Part shown: positions 27,367-36,937 of the stretch, piece by piece | How positions within the stretch are numbered: the first letter of the stretch is position 1 | How the letters are laid out: every line of letters begins with the position of its first letter | Assembly (NCBI GenBank): GCA_021325135.1 | Contig: JAJPHT010000019.1 | Coordinates: 1 to 64,000 of the forward strand | Length of the DNA: 64,000 bases | Reading direction: 5' to 3' | Source: Pseudomonadota bacterium | GTDB lineage: Archaea; Thermoplasmatota; SW-10-69-26; JACQPN01; JAJPHT01 | The notes under the pieces: model-generated | Seen by the model: the letters and a program-made list of their open reading frames with translations, nothing else | Database searches by the model: none | What the model was told of the DNA's origin: nothing | Program-made: the position numbers and the translations under genes

Positions 27367-27757
27367 GGACAACCTCGTCGAGATAGAGATCAAGATGCGG
27401 CCGGAACGTCTCCCATTCCTGATAGGTCCGGCGGACGAGGGCGAAGAAGGCTTCGCGGTCCTTGACGAGGAGGGGAACGCCCTCCGCGATCACGCGCTCG
27501 CGCACGTAGAGCGGAAGGGACTGGAAGACGGAGACGTCGAGCCCCTCGTGGCGCTTGCCGCTCGCGTGGGCCGAGTAGCGCAGGTGGACGTCAAACGGCT
27601 CCCCTCGCGGCTTCTCGTGGAGGACGACGCACACGTCCACGTCGCGCCCGGAAAGGCCCCGGGCGGTGCTGCCGAACCGGACGACGGCAAGGACGTCCGG
27701 GTCCTCCCGGGCCTCGGCCACGAGGGCGTCGAGCTGCCGTTCGTCCGTCTCCTTCAC
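27359..27757 (-). CDS. Minimal nucleotidyltransferase (MNT/MntA) antitoxin
   Basis: FGSTARG...DVDVCV, LDVSVFQSLPLYVR.RV..EG; overlaps the HEPN start. Confidence 0.88.
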   Translation of the reverse strand: MKETDERQLDALVAEAREDPDVLAVVRFGSTARGLSGRDVDVCVVLHEKPRGEPFDVHLRYSAHASGKRHEGLDVSVFQSLPLYVRERVIAEGVPLLVKDREAFFALVRRTYQEWETFRPHLDLYLDEVVHG

Positions 27758-27849
27758 GGCCTCGCGATGCAGGTCCCCCGATATGCCCCTTCTCCTTGAG
27801 AGCCACGGGCGCGTGCCCCACGCGCGCGGCCCCTCCCACCCCATAAGCG

Positions 27850-27857
27850 TTTTAAAT
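27850..27857 (+). promoter_or_regulatory. TATA box of rmlD (leaderless)
   Basis: TTTTAAAT about 22 nt before ATG 27879. Confidence 0.6.
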
Positions 27858-27878
27858 GCGGCCCCGCGTCCGTGCCGC

Positions 27879-28667
27879 ATGCGCTTCCTCGTCCTGGGCG
27901 ACGGCCTGCTGGGCCTCAACGCCGCGCAGGTACTCGCCGAGCGCGGCCACCAGGTCCGCACGCTCACCCACGCCGAGCTTGACCTCCTGAAGCCCGTGCC
28001 CCGCGAGGCGCTGGCGGGCGCGGACGTGGTCGTGAACTGCATGGCGCTCACGAACCCCGACGTGTGCGAGGAGCGCGCGGCGGACGCGCAGCGCGTGAAC
28101 GTCGACGCGGCGGGCGAGATCGCGGCCGCGACGCGCGCGGGCGGCGCTCGCCTCGTCCACATCAGCACCGACTACGTGCTGGACCCCGTGAGCGTCTACG
28201 CGCGCACCAAGGCCGAGGGCGAGAAGGCCGTGCTCAAGCACGACCCCCACGCGGCGATCCTGCGCGTCTCCACGACGTTCGGGCCCCACCCGCGCCGCAA
28301 GGACTTCGTGAAGTTCGTCACGGGCACGCTCAAGGAGAAGGGCGAGGTCACGGTGCTGGACGACATGTGGTCGTCGCCCACCTACGCCCGCGAGGGCGCG
28401 CGCTTCATCGCCGAGGCCGGCGAGCGCAAGCTCGAAGGGATCGTCCACGTCGCCAACGCGCAGAGCGTCAGCCGCTGGGACCTGGCGGTCGCGGCGCAGA
28501 AGGCGTTCGGCCTGCCCGGCGTCGTCCACCGCTCGAAGTTCAAGGACTTCAAGTGGAAGGCGCCCCGCGCGCAGGACACGCGCATGCCCTGGGACATGCC
28601 CGCCTGGTTCCACCCCATGACGCTGGATGCGTGCCTCGCGGACTACGCGAAGCGCGAGAAGGCCTGA
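27879..28667 (+). CDS. rmlD: dTDP-4-dehydrorhamnose reductase-like SDR
   Basis: GDGLLG, HISTDYV, YARTK, SPTY, PRAQDT. Confidence 0.85.
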   Translation: MRFLVLGDGLLGLNAAQVLAERGHQVRTLTHAELDLLKPVPREALAGADVVVNCMALTNPDVCEERAADAQRVNVDAAGEIAAATRAGGARLVHISTDYVLDPVSVYARTKAEGEKAVLKHDPHAAILRVSTTFGPHPRRKDFVKFVTGTLKEKGEVTVLDDMWSSPTYAREGARFIAEAGERKLEGIVHVANAQSVSRWDLAVAAQKAFGLPGVVHRSKFKDFKWKAPRAQDTRMPWDMPAWFHPMTLDACLADYAKREKA

Positions 28668-29636
28668 TCACTCCAGGTACCACTTGTTCTCGCGCGCCCA
28701 CTGCACCGTGCGGCGGACGCCCTCCTCCAGGGTGGTCTTGGCCTCCCAGCCCAGCACGCGGCGCGCCTTGTTGACGTCCGGCACGCGGCGCTGGATGTCC
28801 TCGAACCCCTTGCCGAACTTGGCCTGGGTGTCGACCTCCTCCCAGCCCTGGGAGGCCTGGGCCTCGCGCAGGATGATGGTGAGCAGCTCGCGCACCGTGC
28901 TCTCCTTGTCGCGGCCGATGTTGAAGACCTGCCCGTTGGTGGTGGCGTCGAAGGCGACGCGCATGGTGCCCTCCACGGCGTCCTCCACGAAGGTGAAGCA
29001 GCGCGTGGCGTGGCCCCCGTCGTAGAGGAGCGGCCTCTCGCCGCGCAGCGCCTTGCGGACGCTCTGCGAGACGACGAGGTCGGGCGTCTGGCGCGGCCCG
29101 TAGATGTTGAAGAAGCGCACGATGCTCGCGTCGAGCCCCTTGCCCTTGTGCATGGCGAGGACGAGATGCTCGCCCACGGCCTTGCTGGTGCTGTAGCTCC
29201 AGCGCTCGGTGGTGGTGGGCCCCAGGACGCGGTCGTCCTCCTCGGCCCACGGGATCTTGGGGTTCTTGCCGTAGACCTCGCTCGTGCTGGTGAAGAGGAT
29301 CTTGGCGCCCGCCTTGTGGGCGGCGTCCAGCACGTTGCGCGTGCCCAGGACGTTCACGTCGAGCACGCGCAGCGGGTCCTGCACGTAGTGCTTGATGCCC
29401 ACGATGGCGCTCAGGTGGAAGACCACCTTGGTGCCCGGCGGGATGGCGTCCGCGACCTGCCTGGCGTCGCGCACGTCGCCCTGCACGAAGTGGAACCCGC
29501 GGCGCGACTTGGCGCCGTCGAGGTTGCGGTGCATGCCCACGTCGAAGACGGTGACGTCGTGCCCCTCGGCCAGGAGGCGGTCCACGAGGTGGGAGCCGAT
29601 GAAGCCCGCGCCCCCGGTGACGACGACCTTGCTCAT
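28668..29636 (-). CDS. NAD-dependent nucleotide-sugar epimerase/decarboxylase
   Basis: TGGAGFIGS, STSEVYG, RWSYSTSK, RFFNIYGPR. Confidence 0.9.
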   Translation of the reverse strand: MSKVVVTGGAGFIGSHLVDRLLAEGHDVTVFDVGMHRNLDGAKSRRGFHFVQGDVRDARQVADAIPPGTKVVFHLSAIVGIKHYVQDPLRVLDVNVLGTRNVLDAAHKAGAKILFTSTSEVYGKNPKIPWAEEDDRVLGPTTTERWSYSTSKAVGEHLVLAMHKGKGLDASIVRFFNIYGPRQTPDLVVSQSVRKALRGERPLLYDGGHATRCFTFVEDAVEGTMRVAFDATTNGQVFNIGRDKESTVRELLTIILREAQASQGWEEVDTQAKFGKGFEDIQRRVPDVNKARRVLGWEAKTTLEEGVRRTVQWARENKWYLE

Positions 29637-30982
29637 CGGCCGATCCCCCGGAAGCGGAGGCCCAGCTTGCGCATCTCGGCGATCTGGAGCTTGGTGTACA
29701 TGGCGCGGCCGTCCAGGACGAGGGCGCCGGGCTTCGCAAGCTCCGCCAGGCGCGGCGTGGGGAAGGTGCGGAACTCGGTGTGGCCCGCGAGGACCACCAC
29801 GGCGTCGGCGCCCCTGAGGGCGTCGTCCAGCGAGGCGACGAGGGGCGCGTCGGTGACGGCCTTGGCGTCGCGGGCGCTCACCCACGGGTCGCAGACGACG
29901 ACGTCGGCGCCCGCCTGGCGCAGCGCGTGGATCGTGCCGCCCGCGGGCGTGAAGCGCACGTCGCCGGTGTTGCTCTTGAACGCGATGCCGAGGATGGCCA
30001 CGCGCGCGCCCTTGAGCGCCCTGCCGTGCTGCGCAAGCTCGTCGCGCACGGCGGCCGCGGTGTAGGCGGGCATGCCGTCGTTCACGGAGCGCGACGCAAC
30101 GGGCGTGCGCAGGTCGAGGCCGTGGCGCTGGCCCAGCCAGTGGACGAACCACGGGTCCTTGGTGAGGCAGTAGCCGCCGACACCCGCGCCGGGGACGAGG
30201 ATGTTGACGTGGTGCGTGCCCTTGGGGAGCGTGTTGGCGGCCTCGATGACCTCCATGGCGTCCATGCCCATGCGGTCGCAGAGCATGGCGATCTCGTTGG
30301 CGAGCGCCACGTTGAGGTCGATGAAGAGGTTGTCCGCGAGCTTGGACATCTCGGCGGCGCGCGCGGTGGAGAGCTCCAGCACGCGCACGTCCAGCGCCTC
30401 GCGCCAGAACTCGGCGGCGGCGCGCGTGCTCTCGGGCTCCGCGCCGCCCACGACGATGGGCAGCGAGAGGAACTCGACGATGGCGCGCCCCTCGGCGAGG
30501 CGCTCGGGGCAGAAGGCCAGGAAAAAGTCCACGCCGGAGCGAAGGCCCTGCTTCTCCAGGAGAGGACGCACCACGTCCTCGGTGGTCCCGGGGGGCACGG
30601 TGCTCTTGTACATCACGAGCTGCCCGCGGCGCAGGCGCTTGGCCACCTGCTCGGACGCGCTGAGGATCTGCGCCATGTCGGGCGCGTGGTCGGCGCCCAG
30701 GGGCGTGCCCACGGTGACGAGCACCACGTCCGCCTCGCGCACGGCGTCGTAGCTCGTGGTGGCCTTGAGGCGGCCCGCGGCGACGCCCTTGGCCACGAGG
30801 TCCTTGAGGCCGGGCTCGTGGATGCTGGTGGCGCCCTTGGCGATCTCCTGCTCGACCTCGGGGCGAGGATCGATCCCGGTCACCACGAAGCCGCGGTCGG
30901 CCAGCACGGCGCCGATGCACGTGCCGATGTAGCCGAAGCCCACGATGGCGATGCGGCGGCTTCCCTCAGAGGACGATCCCAT
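29633..30982 (-). CDS. Nucleotide-sugar dehydrogenase (UDP-glucose/GDP-mannose DH family)
   Basis: GFGYIG, KSTVPPGTT, CPERLAEG, GVGGYCL, GIAFK. Confidence 0.93.
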   Translation of the reverse strand: MGSSSEGSRRIAIVGFGYIGTCIGAVLADRGFVVTGIDPRPEVEQEIAKGATSIHEPGLKDLVAKGVAAGRLKATTSYDAVREADVVLVTVGTPLGADHAPDMAQILSASEQVAKRLRRGQLVMYKSTVPPGTTEDVVRPLLEKQGLRSGVDFFLAFCPERLAEGRAIVEFLSLPIVVGGAEPESTRAAAEFWREALDVRVLELSTARAAEMSKLADNLFIDLNVALANEIAMLCDRMGMDAMEVIEAANTLPKGTHHVNILVPGAGVGGYCLTKDPWFVHWLGQRHGLDLRTPVASRSVNDGMPAYTAAAVRDELAQHGRALKGARVAILGIAFKSNTGDVRFTPAGGTIHALRQAGADVVVCDPWVSARDAKAVTDAPLVASLDDALRGADAVVVLAGHTEFRTFPTPRLAELAKPGALVLDGRAMYTKLQIAEMRKLGLRFRGIGR

Positions 30983-31997
30983 GGGGAGCGACTTCCTTCA
31001 TCTCGCGGTTCCACTGGAGGAGCGTCTTGTACCAGTTGAGCGTGTTCGTGGTGGGGCCGTCGGTGAGCGTTCCCTTCTGGAGCGCCTCGAAGATCTCCCG
31101 CGCGCCGTCCTCGGGCTGCTTCTCGGCGCGGTAGCCGAGGCGCTGGCCGATCTTCTTGAACGAGACGCGGTAGCTGCGGTGGTCCACGTCGCCGTACCAG
31201 TCGGGCTTGTACGGAATGCCCACGGCGTTGCTCACGCGCTCGGCCAGGGGCCCGATCTGCACGTTCTGGTCCTCGCTGCCGACGTTGAACGTCTCGCCGT
31301 TGACCTTGGCGGGATCGCTCTCCAGCACGGTGATGAACGCGCGGCAGGTGTCGCGCACGTGGACGAAGGGGCGCCACTGCGTGCCGTCGCGCATGATCTT
31401 CACGCCGCCCTGCTTGAAGAGCGAGAGCGTCATGCCGTTGATGGCGAGATCGAAGCGCATGCGGCGCGAGAGGCCGTAGACGGTGGCCTGCCGGAGCGCG
31501 GTGACGGTGAACCTCTCGCTGGCCAGGGGGAGGTTGCTCCTCTCGGCGAGCCCGTTGGCCTCGGCGTAGGTGGTGAGCGGGTTGATGCTGCTCGTCTCGT
31601 CCACGAAGCCGTCCTGGAAGCCGTAGATGCTGCACGAGGAGGCCAGGACGTAGCGCGCAACGCCGTGCTCCTTGGCCATCTTGCACATGCGGGCTCGGGC
31701 CGCGTGGTTGATGTCCAGCGTCTTCTGCGGGTCCAATTCGCCGGAGGGGTCGTTGGAGAGCGCGGCGAGGTCGCACACGGCGTCTACGCCCTTGAGCACG
31801 GCCGGGGGCGCCCAGCGGTTGTCCTCGCGCACGAGGTGGAGCTTGGGGTTCGCCTTGAGATCAGCGAGCGTGTCGCCGAAGAAGAAGCGGTCGAGGACCG
31901 TGACCTCGTATCCCCGCGCGAGGAGCATCTCGGTCAGCGTCGTCCCGATGTAGCCGCCGCCCCCGGTGACGAGGACGTGCTTGGGCTTCGCGCTCAC
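30966..31997 (-). CDS. NAD-dependent epimerase/dehydratase (extended SDR)
   Basis: TGGGGYIG, LAALSNDP, SSCSIYG, RMRFDL, QWRPFVHV. Confidence 0.9.
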   Translation of the reverse strand: MSAKPKHVLVTGGGGYIGTTLTEMLLARGYEVTVLDRFFFGDTLADLKANPKLHLVREDNRWAPPAVLKGVDAVCDLAALSNDPSGELDPQKTLDINHAARARMCKMAKEHGVARYVLASSCSIYGFQDGFVDETSSINPLTTYAEANGLAERSNLPLASERFTVTALRQATVYGLSRRMRFDLAINGMTLSLFKQGGVKIMRDGTQWRPFVHVRDTCRAFITVLESDPAKVNGETFNVGSEDQNVQIGPLAERVSNAVGIPYKPDWYGDVDHRSYRVSFKKIGQRLGYRAEKQPEDGAREIFEALQKGTLTDGPTTNTLNWYKTLLQWNREMKEVAPHGIVL

Positions 31998-32569
31998 GGG
32001 TGGCCCCCCTTCCAGGCGAAGTCGTTGTCCGCGTCCTTGAGGAGCGGCGCCTCGGCGTCCTTCTTGCTGAGGATGGGGTGCTTCACGGGCCAGGGGATCG
32101 CGAGGGCGGGGTCGTCCCAGCGGATGCCGCGGTCGTGGGGCGGGCTGTACTCGCTGGTGACCTTGTAGACGATCTCGGCCTCGTCGGTCAAGGTGAGGAC
32201 GCCGTGCGCGAAGCCCGCGGGGACCCAGATCATCTTGCGGTTCTCCGCGGAGAGCGTGGCGCTCACGTGCTTGCCGTAGGTGGGGCTGCCCTTGCGGATG
32301 TCCACGGCCACGTCGAGGATCTCGCCCCGGAGGCAGCGCACGAGCTTGCCCTGCGCCGCGCCGCTCTTCTGGTAGTGCAGCCCGCGCAGGATGCCCTTGC
32401 CGACGCTGCGGCTGTGGTTGTCCTGGCGGAAGGGGCCCACGATGCCGTGCTTGGACATCTCGGACTCCTTGAACGTCTCCATGAACCAGCCGCGCTCGTC
32501 GCCGAAGGCCTTCGGCTCGACGATGACGACGTCAGGCATTCCCGGGAACGGCTTGAACTCGAAAGGCAT
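31994..32569 (-). CDS. rmlC: dTDP-4-dehydrorhamnose 3,5-epimerase
   Basis: DERGWF, QDNHS, LRGLHYQ, QGKLV, GFAHG. Confidence 0.96.
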   Translation of the reverse strand: MPFEFKPFPGMPDVVIVEPKAFGDERGWFMETFKESEMSKHGIVGPFRQDNHSRSVGKGILRGLHYQKSGAAQGKLVRCLRGEILDVAVDIRKGSPTYGKHVSATLSAENRKMIWVPAGFAHGVLTLTDEAEIVYKVTSEYSPPHDRGIRWDDPALAIPWPVKHPILSKKDAEAPLLKDADNDFAWKGGHP

Positions 32570-32578
32570 GATATCAGC

Positions 32579-33448
32579 TCAGAAGGGTTGCGTGAGGATG
32601 CCGAGGAGGTAGTCGCGCCACTCGTTGTTGTAGCCCTGCGCGAGGGCCTCGACCTTCTTGGCGTCGATGAACCCCATGCGCCAGGCCACCTCCTCCAGGC
32701 AGGCGACCTTGAGCCCCTGGCGGTGCTCGATGGTGGCGATGAAGTTGGAGGCCTCCATGAGGCTCTGGTGCGTGCCGGTGTCCAGCCACGCGGTGCCGCG
32801 GCCGAACTTGATGAGCTTGAGCTTCCCGCGCTTGAGGTACTCCTGGTTGACGCTGGTGATCTCCAGCTCGCCCCTGGCGCTGGGCTTCACGGACTTGGCG
32901 ATCTCCACGACCTCGTTGGAGTAGACGTAGAGGCCCGTGACCGCGTAGTTGCTGCGCGGCTGCTTGGGCTTCTCCTCCAGGCCGACGACGCGGCCCTGCG
33001 CGTCGAACTCGGCGACGCCGTAGCGCTGCGGGTCCTTCACCCAGTAGCCGAAGACGGTGGCGCCCTGGTTCTCGCGGACCGCCTGCTGGAGGAGGCCCGT
33101 CATCCCCTGGGAGTAGAAGATGTTGTCCCCGAGCACGAGCGTCACGGCGTCGGAGCCGATGAAGCGCTCGCCGATGAGGAACGCCTGCGCGAGGCCGCCG
33201 GGGTGGGGCTGCTCGGCGTAGGTGAAGCGCATGCCCAGGTGCGAGCCGTCGCCCAGGAGGTCGCGGTACTGGGGGAGGTCGCGGGGCGTGCTGATGACGA
33301 GCACGTCGCGGATGCCCGCCAGCATGAGCGTCGAAAGGGGGTAGTGCACCATCGGCTTGTCGTAGACCGGGAGAAGCTGCTTGCTCACCGCGCGCGTCAC
33401 GGGGTGCAGGCGCGTCCCCGAGCCTCCGGCGAGGATGATGCCCTTCAT
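32579..33448 (-). CDS. rmlA: Glucose-1-phosphate thymidylyltransferase
   Basis: [37 protein letters not shown]. Confidence 0.97.
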   Translation of the reverse strand: MKGIILAGGSGTRLHPVTRAVSKQLLPVYDKPMVHYPLSTLMLAGIRDVLVISTPRDLPQYRDLLGDGSHLGMRFTYAEQPHPGGLAQAFLIGERFIGSDAVTLVLGDNIFYSQGMTGLLQQAVRENQGATVFGYWVKDPQRYGVAEFDAQGRVVGLEEKPKQPRSNYAVTGLYVYSNEVVEIAKSVKPSARGELEITSVNQEYLKRGKLKLIKFGRGTAWLDTGTHQSLMEASNFIATIEHRQGLKVACLEEVAWRMGFIDAKKVEALAQGYNNEWRDYLLGILTQPF

Positions 33449-33472
33449 TTCGCGCCGCCAGCGAAAGCAGCC

Positions 33473-33481
33473 TATTTAAAT
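33473..33481 (-). promoter_or_regulatory. TATA box in the divergent rmlA/GT2 spacer
   Basis: ATTTAAATA about 25 nt upstream of the rmlA ATG. Confidence 0.6.
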
Positions 33482-33491
33482 CCCATGCCAC

Positions 33492-34490
33492 GTGGCCGAG
33501 GCGTTGCGCGTCAGCGTCGCGATGGCCACCTACCGGGGGGAGCGCTTCCTCCGCGAGCAGCTGGAGAGCCTCGCGCGCCAGACGCGGCTGCCCGACGAGC
33601 TGGTGGTGTGCGACGACCGCAGCCCTGACGGCACGTGGAGCGTCCTGGAGGGGTTCCGCCGCGACGCGCCCTTCCCGGTCAGGCTGCACCGCAACGAGAC
33701 GAACCTCGGCGTCGCGGGCAACTTCACCCGGGCGGCCACGCTCTGCGAGGGCGACGCGATCCTCTTCTGCGACCAGGACGACGTGTGGCTCCCCCAGAAG
33801 GTCGAGCGGCTCATGGAGCCCCTGGAGCGCGAGCCCGCGGTGGCCGTCTCCTTCAGCGACCTCTCGGTGGTGGACGAGGCGTTGCGTCCGCTGGGGTACA
33901 CCATGTGGGGCGCGCGCGGCTTCGGCGCCGCCCAGCAGGAGGCGTTCCGCGCGGCGCCCGTCGCGCACCTCGTCCACGAGAACGTCGTCACGGGCTGCGC
34001 CATGGCGATGCGCGCCTCGCTGCGCAAGGAGACGCTGCCGGTGCCCGCCGGCTGGATCCACGACGCGTGGATCGCGCTCCTGGCCGCCATGAACCACGAC
34101 CTGGCGCCCGTGCCCGACGTCACCGTCCTCTACCGCCAGCACGCGGCCAACGCGACCGGCGCGAACAAGCAATCCTCGTGGGCGCGCGTGCGCAAGAAGG
34201 CGCGCGACGCGCTGGCCGACCCCACCGAGACGTTCCGCCGCGACGCGCGCTACTGGGGCGAGGCCGCCCGCGCCATGCGCCGCCTGGGCGGGCGCCCCGA
34301 CCGCCTGCGCGACCTCGCGCGCCTGGAGGAGCGCGTCGCCCACCTGGAGGCGCGCGCCGCGCTGCCCCCGCGCCGGCTCGCCCGCGTCGCGGCCGTCTCG
34401 CGGGAGTGGCGCGAGGGGCGCTACGCGCGCCACTCGGGGGGCGCCGCCAGCGCGGTGAAGGACCTCGTGGGCCGGAGGCGGAAGGCATGA
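33492..34490 (+). CDS. GT2 glycosyltransferase (paralog of 24639-25613)
   Basis: VSVAMATY, DDRSPD, FCDQDDVW, HDAW, YRQH. Confidence 0.92.
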   Translation: MAEALRVSVAMATYRGERFLREQLESLARQTRLPDELVVCDDRSPDGTWSVLEGFRRDAPFPVRLHRNETNLGVAGNFTRAATLCEGDAILFCDQDDVWLPQKVERLMEPLEREPAVAVSFSDLSVVDEALRPLGYTMWGARGFGAAQQEAFRAAPVAHLVHENVVTGCAMAMRASLRKETLPVPAGWIHDAWIALLAAMNHDLAPVPDVTVLYRQHAANATGANKQSSWARVRKKARDALADPTETFRRDARYWGEAARAMRRLGGRPDRLRDLARLEERVAHLEARAALPPRRLARVAAVSREWREGRYARHSGGAASAVKDLVGRRRKA

Positions 34491-35257
34491 AGATCGGCAT
34501 CGTGATCCCCACCAAGGACGCCACCGCGGAGCCCGCGCAGACGAGCATCGCCCTCGCGCGCAAGACCACCGCGCACCTCGACGCCGCCGTCATCCCCGTG
34601 CAGGACTCGGGGCCCGGCTTCCGCTTCTCGCGCTCCATCAACCGGGGCGTCGCGCAGGCGCCCGACGCGGACGCGTGGGTCCTCCTCAACGACGACGCGT
34701 TCATGGACGCCGGCTGGCTCGACGCCATGATCGCCGTCGCGCAGGCGCACCCCGAGGTGGCCGTCGTGGGCGCGGTGCTGCGCTACCCCGACGGCGGGCT
34801 CCAGCACGCGGGCGGCCGCGTCCTCATGACGCCGGGCCCCTTCCTCGCGGAGGCGTCGTACCACCGGGCGCCGCTCTGGGCGCTGCGCATGCTGGCGAAG
34901 CACCGCTTCCGGCCCTTCCCCTACATGTACACGCACTGGCGCTCGGTGAGCCCGCGCCACCGGCTGGACTTCATCACCGCCGCGTGCGCGCTCGTGACGC
35001 GCCGCGCGTGGGAGGCCCTGGGCGGGTACGACGAGCGCTACGAGTTCGGCTGCGAGGACTCCGACTTCAGCCTGCGCGCCCGGGAGGCGGGCTTCGAGCT
35101 GGCCCTCGCCACACGCGCCACGGGCGTCCACCTGGAGGGCAAGTCCAGCGGCCAGATGTCCGAGCGCCAGAAGCGCAGCCTCGCCACGTTCGAGCAGACG
35201 TGGAGCGCGGAGCGCATCCGAAAGGCCACGCGCGGGCGCGTCGGGGTCTACGGCTAG
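34487..35257 (+). CDS. GT2 glycosyltransferase
   Basis: LLNDDA, LQHAGG, GGYDERY, EDSDF. Confidence 0.88.
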   Translation: MKIGIVIPTKDATAEPAQTSIALARKTTAHLDAAVIPVQDSGPGFRFSRSINRGVAQAPDADAWVLLNDDAFMDAGWLDAMIAVAQAHPEVAVVGAVLRYPDGGLQHAGGRVLMTPGPFLAEASYHRAPLWALRMLAKHRFRPFPYMYTHWRSVSPRHRLDFITAACALVTRRAWEALGGYDERYEFGCEDSDFSLRAREAGFELALATRATGVHLEGKSSGQMSERQKRSLATFEQTWSAERIRKATRGRVGVYG

Positions 35258-35314
35258 CCGGCCGCAGCGCCAAGGTCCAAAGCTTGAAGCCCGCGAACAG
35301 GGTGGAAAGCCCGC

Positions 35315-36346
35315 ATGCCCCAGAAGGCCACCGTGCGCGCCCGCGCGCCCCTGCGCGTCAGCTTCGGAGGCGGCGGCACCGACGTGCCCCCCTACGCGAC
35401 GGAGCACGGCGGCTGCGTGCTGAGCACCACCATCGACCGCGCCACCTACTGCACGGTGAAGCCCCGCGAGGACCGCACCATCCGCGTGAAGTCGCTGGAC
35501 CTGGACATCCTGGCCGACTTCAGCGCGGGCGAGAAGTTCCGCTACGACGGCAACATGGACCTCGCCAAGGTCGCGCTCAACCACTTCGACCTGGGCGACG
35601 GCGCTGATATCATGATCCACAGCGACGCGCCGCCCGGCAGCGGCCTGGGCTCCTCCAGCGCGCTCCTCGTGGCGATGATCACCGCCCTTGCGGAATTGAA
35701 GGGCGTCCACATGAGCGGCTACGAGGTCGCGGAGCTTGCCATCAAGATGGAGCGCGACGAGCTGAAGATCCCCGGCGGCTGGCAGGACCAGTACGCGGCG
35801 GCCTTCGGCGGCTTCAACTGGATTGAGTTCTCCAAGGAGGGCACGCTGGTGGAGCCCATGCGCCTCCACCGCAGCGTGAGGGAGGAGCTGGAGTACCGCA
35901 GCATCCTCGTCTACGTGGGGCGCACGCGCCTCTCGGCCAACATCCTCAACGAGCAGATCGCCGAGAGCGCGAAGCCCAAGGGCACGGTGAAGGACGCCCT
36001 GGACGCCACGAAGCGCATCGCCCACGACATGAAGCGCGCCATCCTCAAGGCGGACTGGCAGCGCTGGGGCGAGCTTCTCCACGAAGGGTGGACCCACAAG
36101 AAGAACTTCAGCAGCAAGATCACCGACCCGCAGATCGACGCGCTCTACGAGGCCGCCCGCAAGGCGGGCGCGCAGGGGGGCAAGCTCCTGGGCGCGGGCG
36201 GCGGCGGGTTCCTCTACCTCTTCTGCGACTACGAGCGCAAGCACGAGGTCACGCGCGAGCTTCGCCGCCACGGCGGCGAGCCCGTGGGCTTCGCGCTGGA
36301 CATGGACGGGGCGCGCGCCTGGCGCGTCCGCGAGGAGCGTGCTTGA
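35315..36346 (+). CDS. hddA: D-glycero-alpha-D-manno-heptose-7-phosphate kinase (GHMP family)
   Basis: APLRVSFGGGGTD, PPGSGLGSSS, GWQDQYAAAFGG, GKLLGAGGGGF. Confidence 0.9.
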   Translation: MPQKATVRARAPLRVSFGGGGTDVPPYATEHGGCVLSTTIDRATYCTVKPREDRTIRVKSLDLDILADFSAGEKFRYDGNMDLAKVALNHFDLGDGADIMIHSDAPPGSGLGSSSALLVAMITALAELKGVHMSGYEVAELAIKMERDELKIPGGWQDQYAAAFGGFNWIEFSKEGTLVEPMRLHRSVREELEYRSILVYVGRTRLSANILNEQIAESAKPKGTVKDALDATKRIAHDMKRAILKADWQRWGELLHEGWTHKKNFSSKITDPQIDALYEAARKAGAQGGKLLGAGGGGFLYLFCDYERKHEVTRELRRHGGEPVGFALDMDGARAWRVREERA

Positions 36347-36937
36347 ATGGGATATCAATCCAAGGATGCGGCGACCATCGAGGACCAGATCAGGGAGGGC
36401 GTGCGCCTCCGCGAGGCCGCGCTCGCCCAGGCGGACGACGTGCGCGCCGCGGCGAACGCCATCGTGGAGGCGTTCCGCGCGGGGCGCTTCTTCTACGTCT
36501 TCGGCAACGGCGGCAGCGCGGCCGACGCGCAGCACATGGCCGCCGAACTGTCGGGCCGCTTCTACCTGGACCGCGACCCCCTGCCCGCCTTCGCCCTGAC
36601 CGTGAACAGCAGCGCCGTCACGGCCATCGGCAACGACTACGGCTACGAGGAGGTCTTCTCGCGCCAACTTCGCGGCTGCGTGAAGCCCGGCGACGTGGTC
36701 CTGGGCATCAGCACCAGCGGCACGAGCAAGAACGTGGTCAAGGCCATGGAGGTCGCCAAGAAGGCCGGCGCCAAGACCGTCGCCTTCTGCGGCCGCAAGG
36801 GGAAGCCCCTCGCCCAGATGTGCGACGTCGCCCTCACCGTCGAGAGCGACGACACCGCGCGCATCCAGGAGATCCACGAGATGTTCTTCCACCTCGTGTG
36901 CTACGAGGTGGAGCGCGCGCTCTTCGGGTCGAAATGA
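36347..36937 (+). CDS. gmhA: Phosphoheptose isomerase (SIS)
   Basis: GNGGSAADAQH, TAIGNDYG, ISTSG.SKNV, RIQE.H. Confidence 0.94.
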   Translation: MGYQSKDAATIEDQIREGVRLREAALAQADDVRAAANAIVEAFRAGRFFYVFGNGGSAADAQHMAAELSGRFYLDRDPLPAFALTVNSSAVTAIGNDYGYEEVFSRQLRGCVKPGDVVLGISTSGTSKNVVKAMEVAKKAGAKTVAFCGRKGKPLAQMCDVALTVESDDTARIQEIHEMFFHLVCYEVERALFGSK

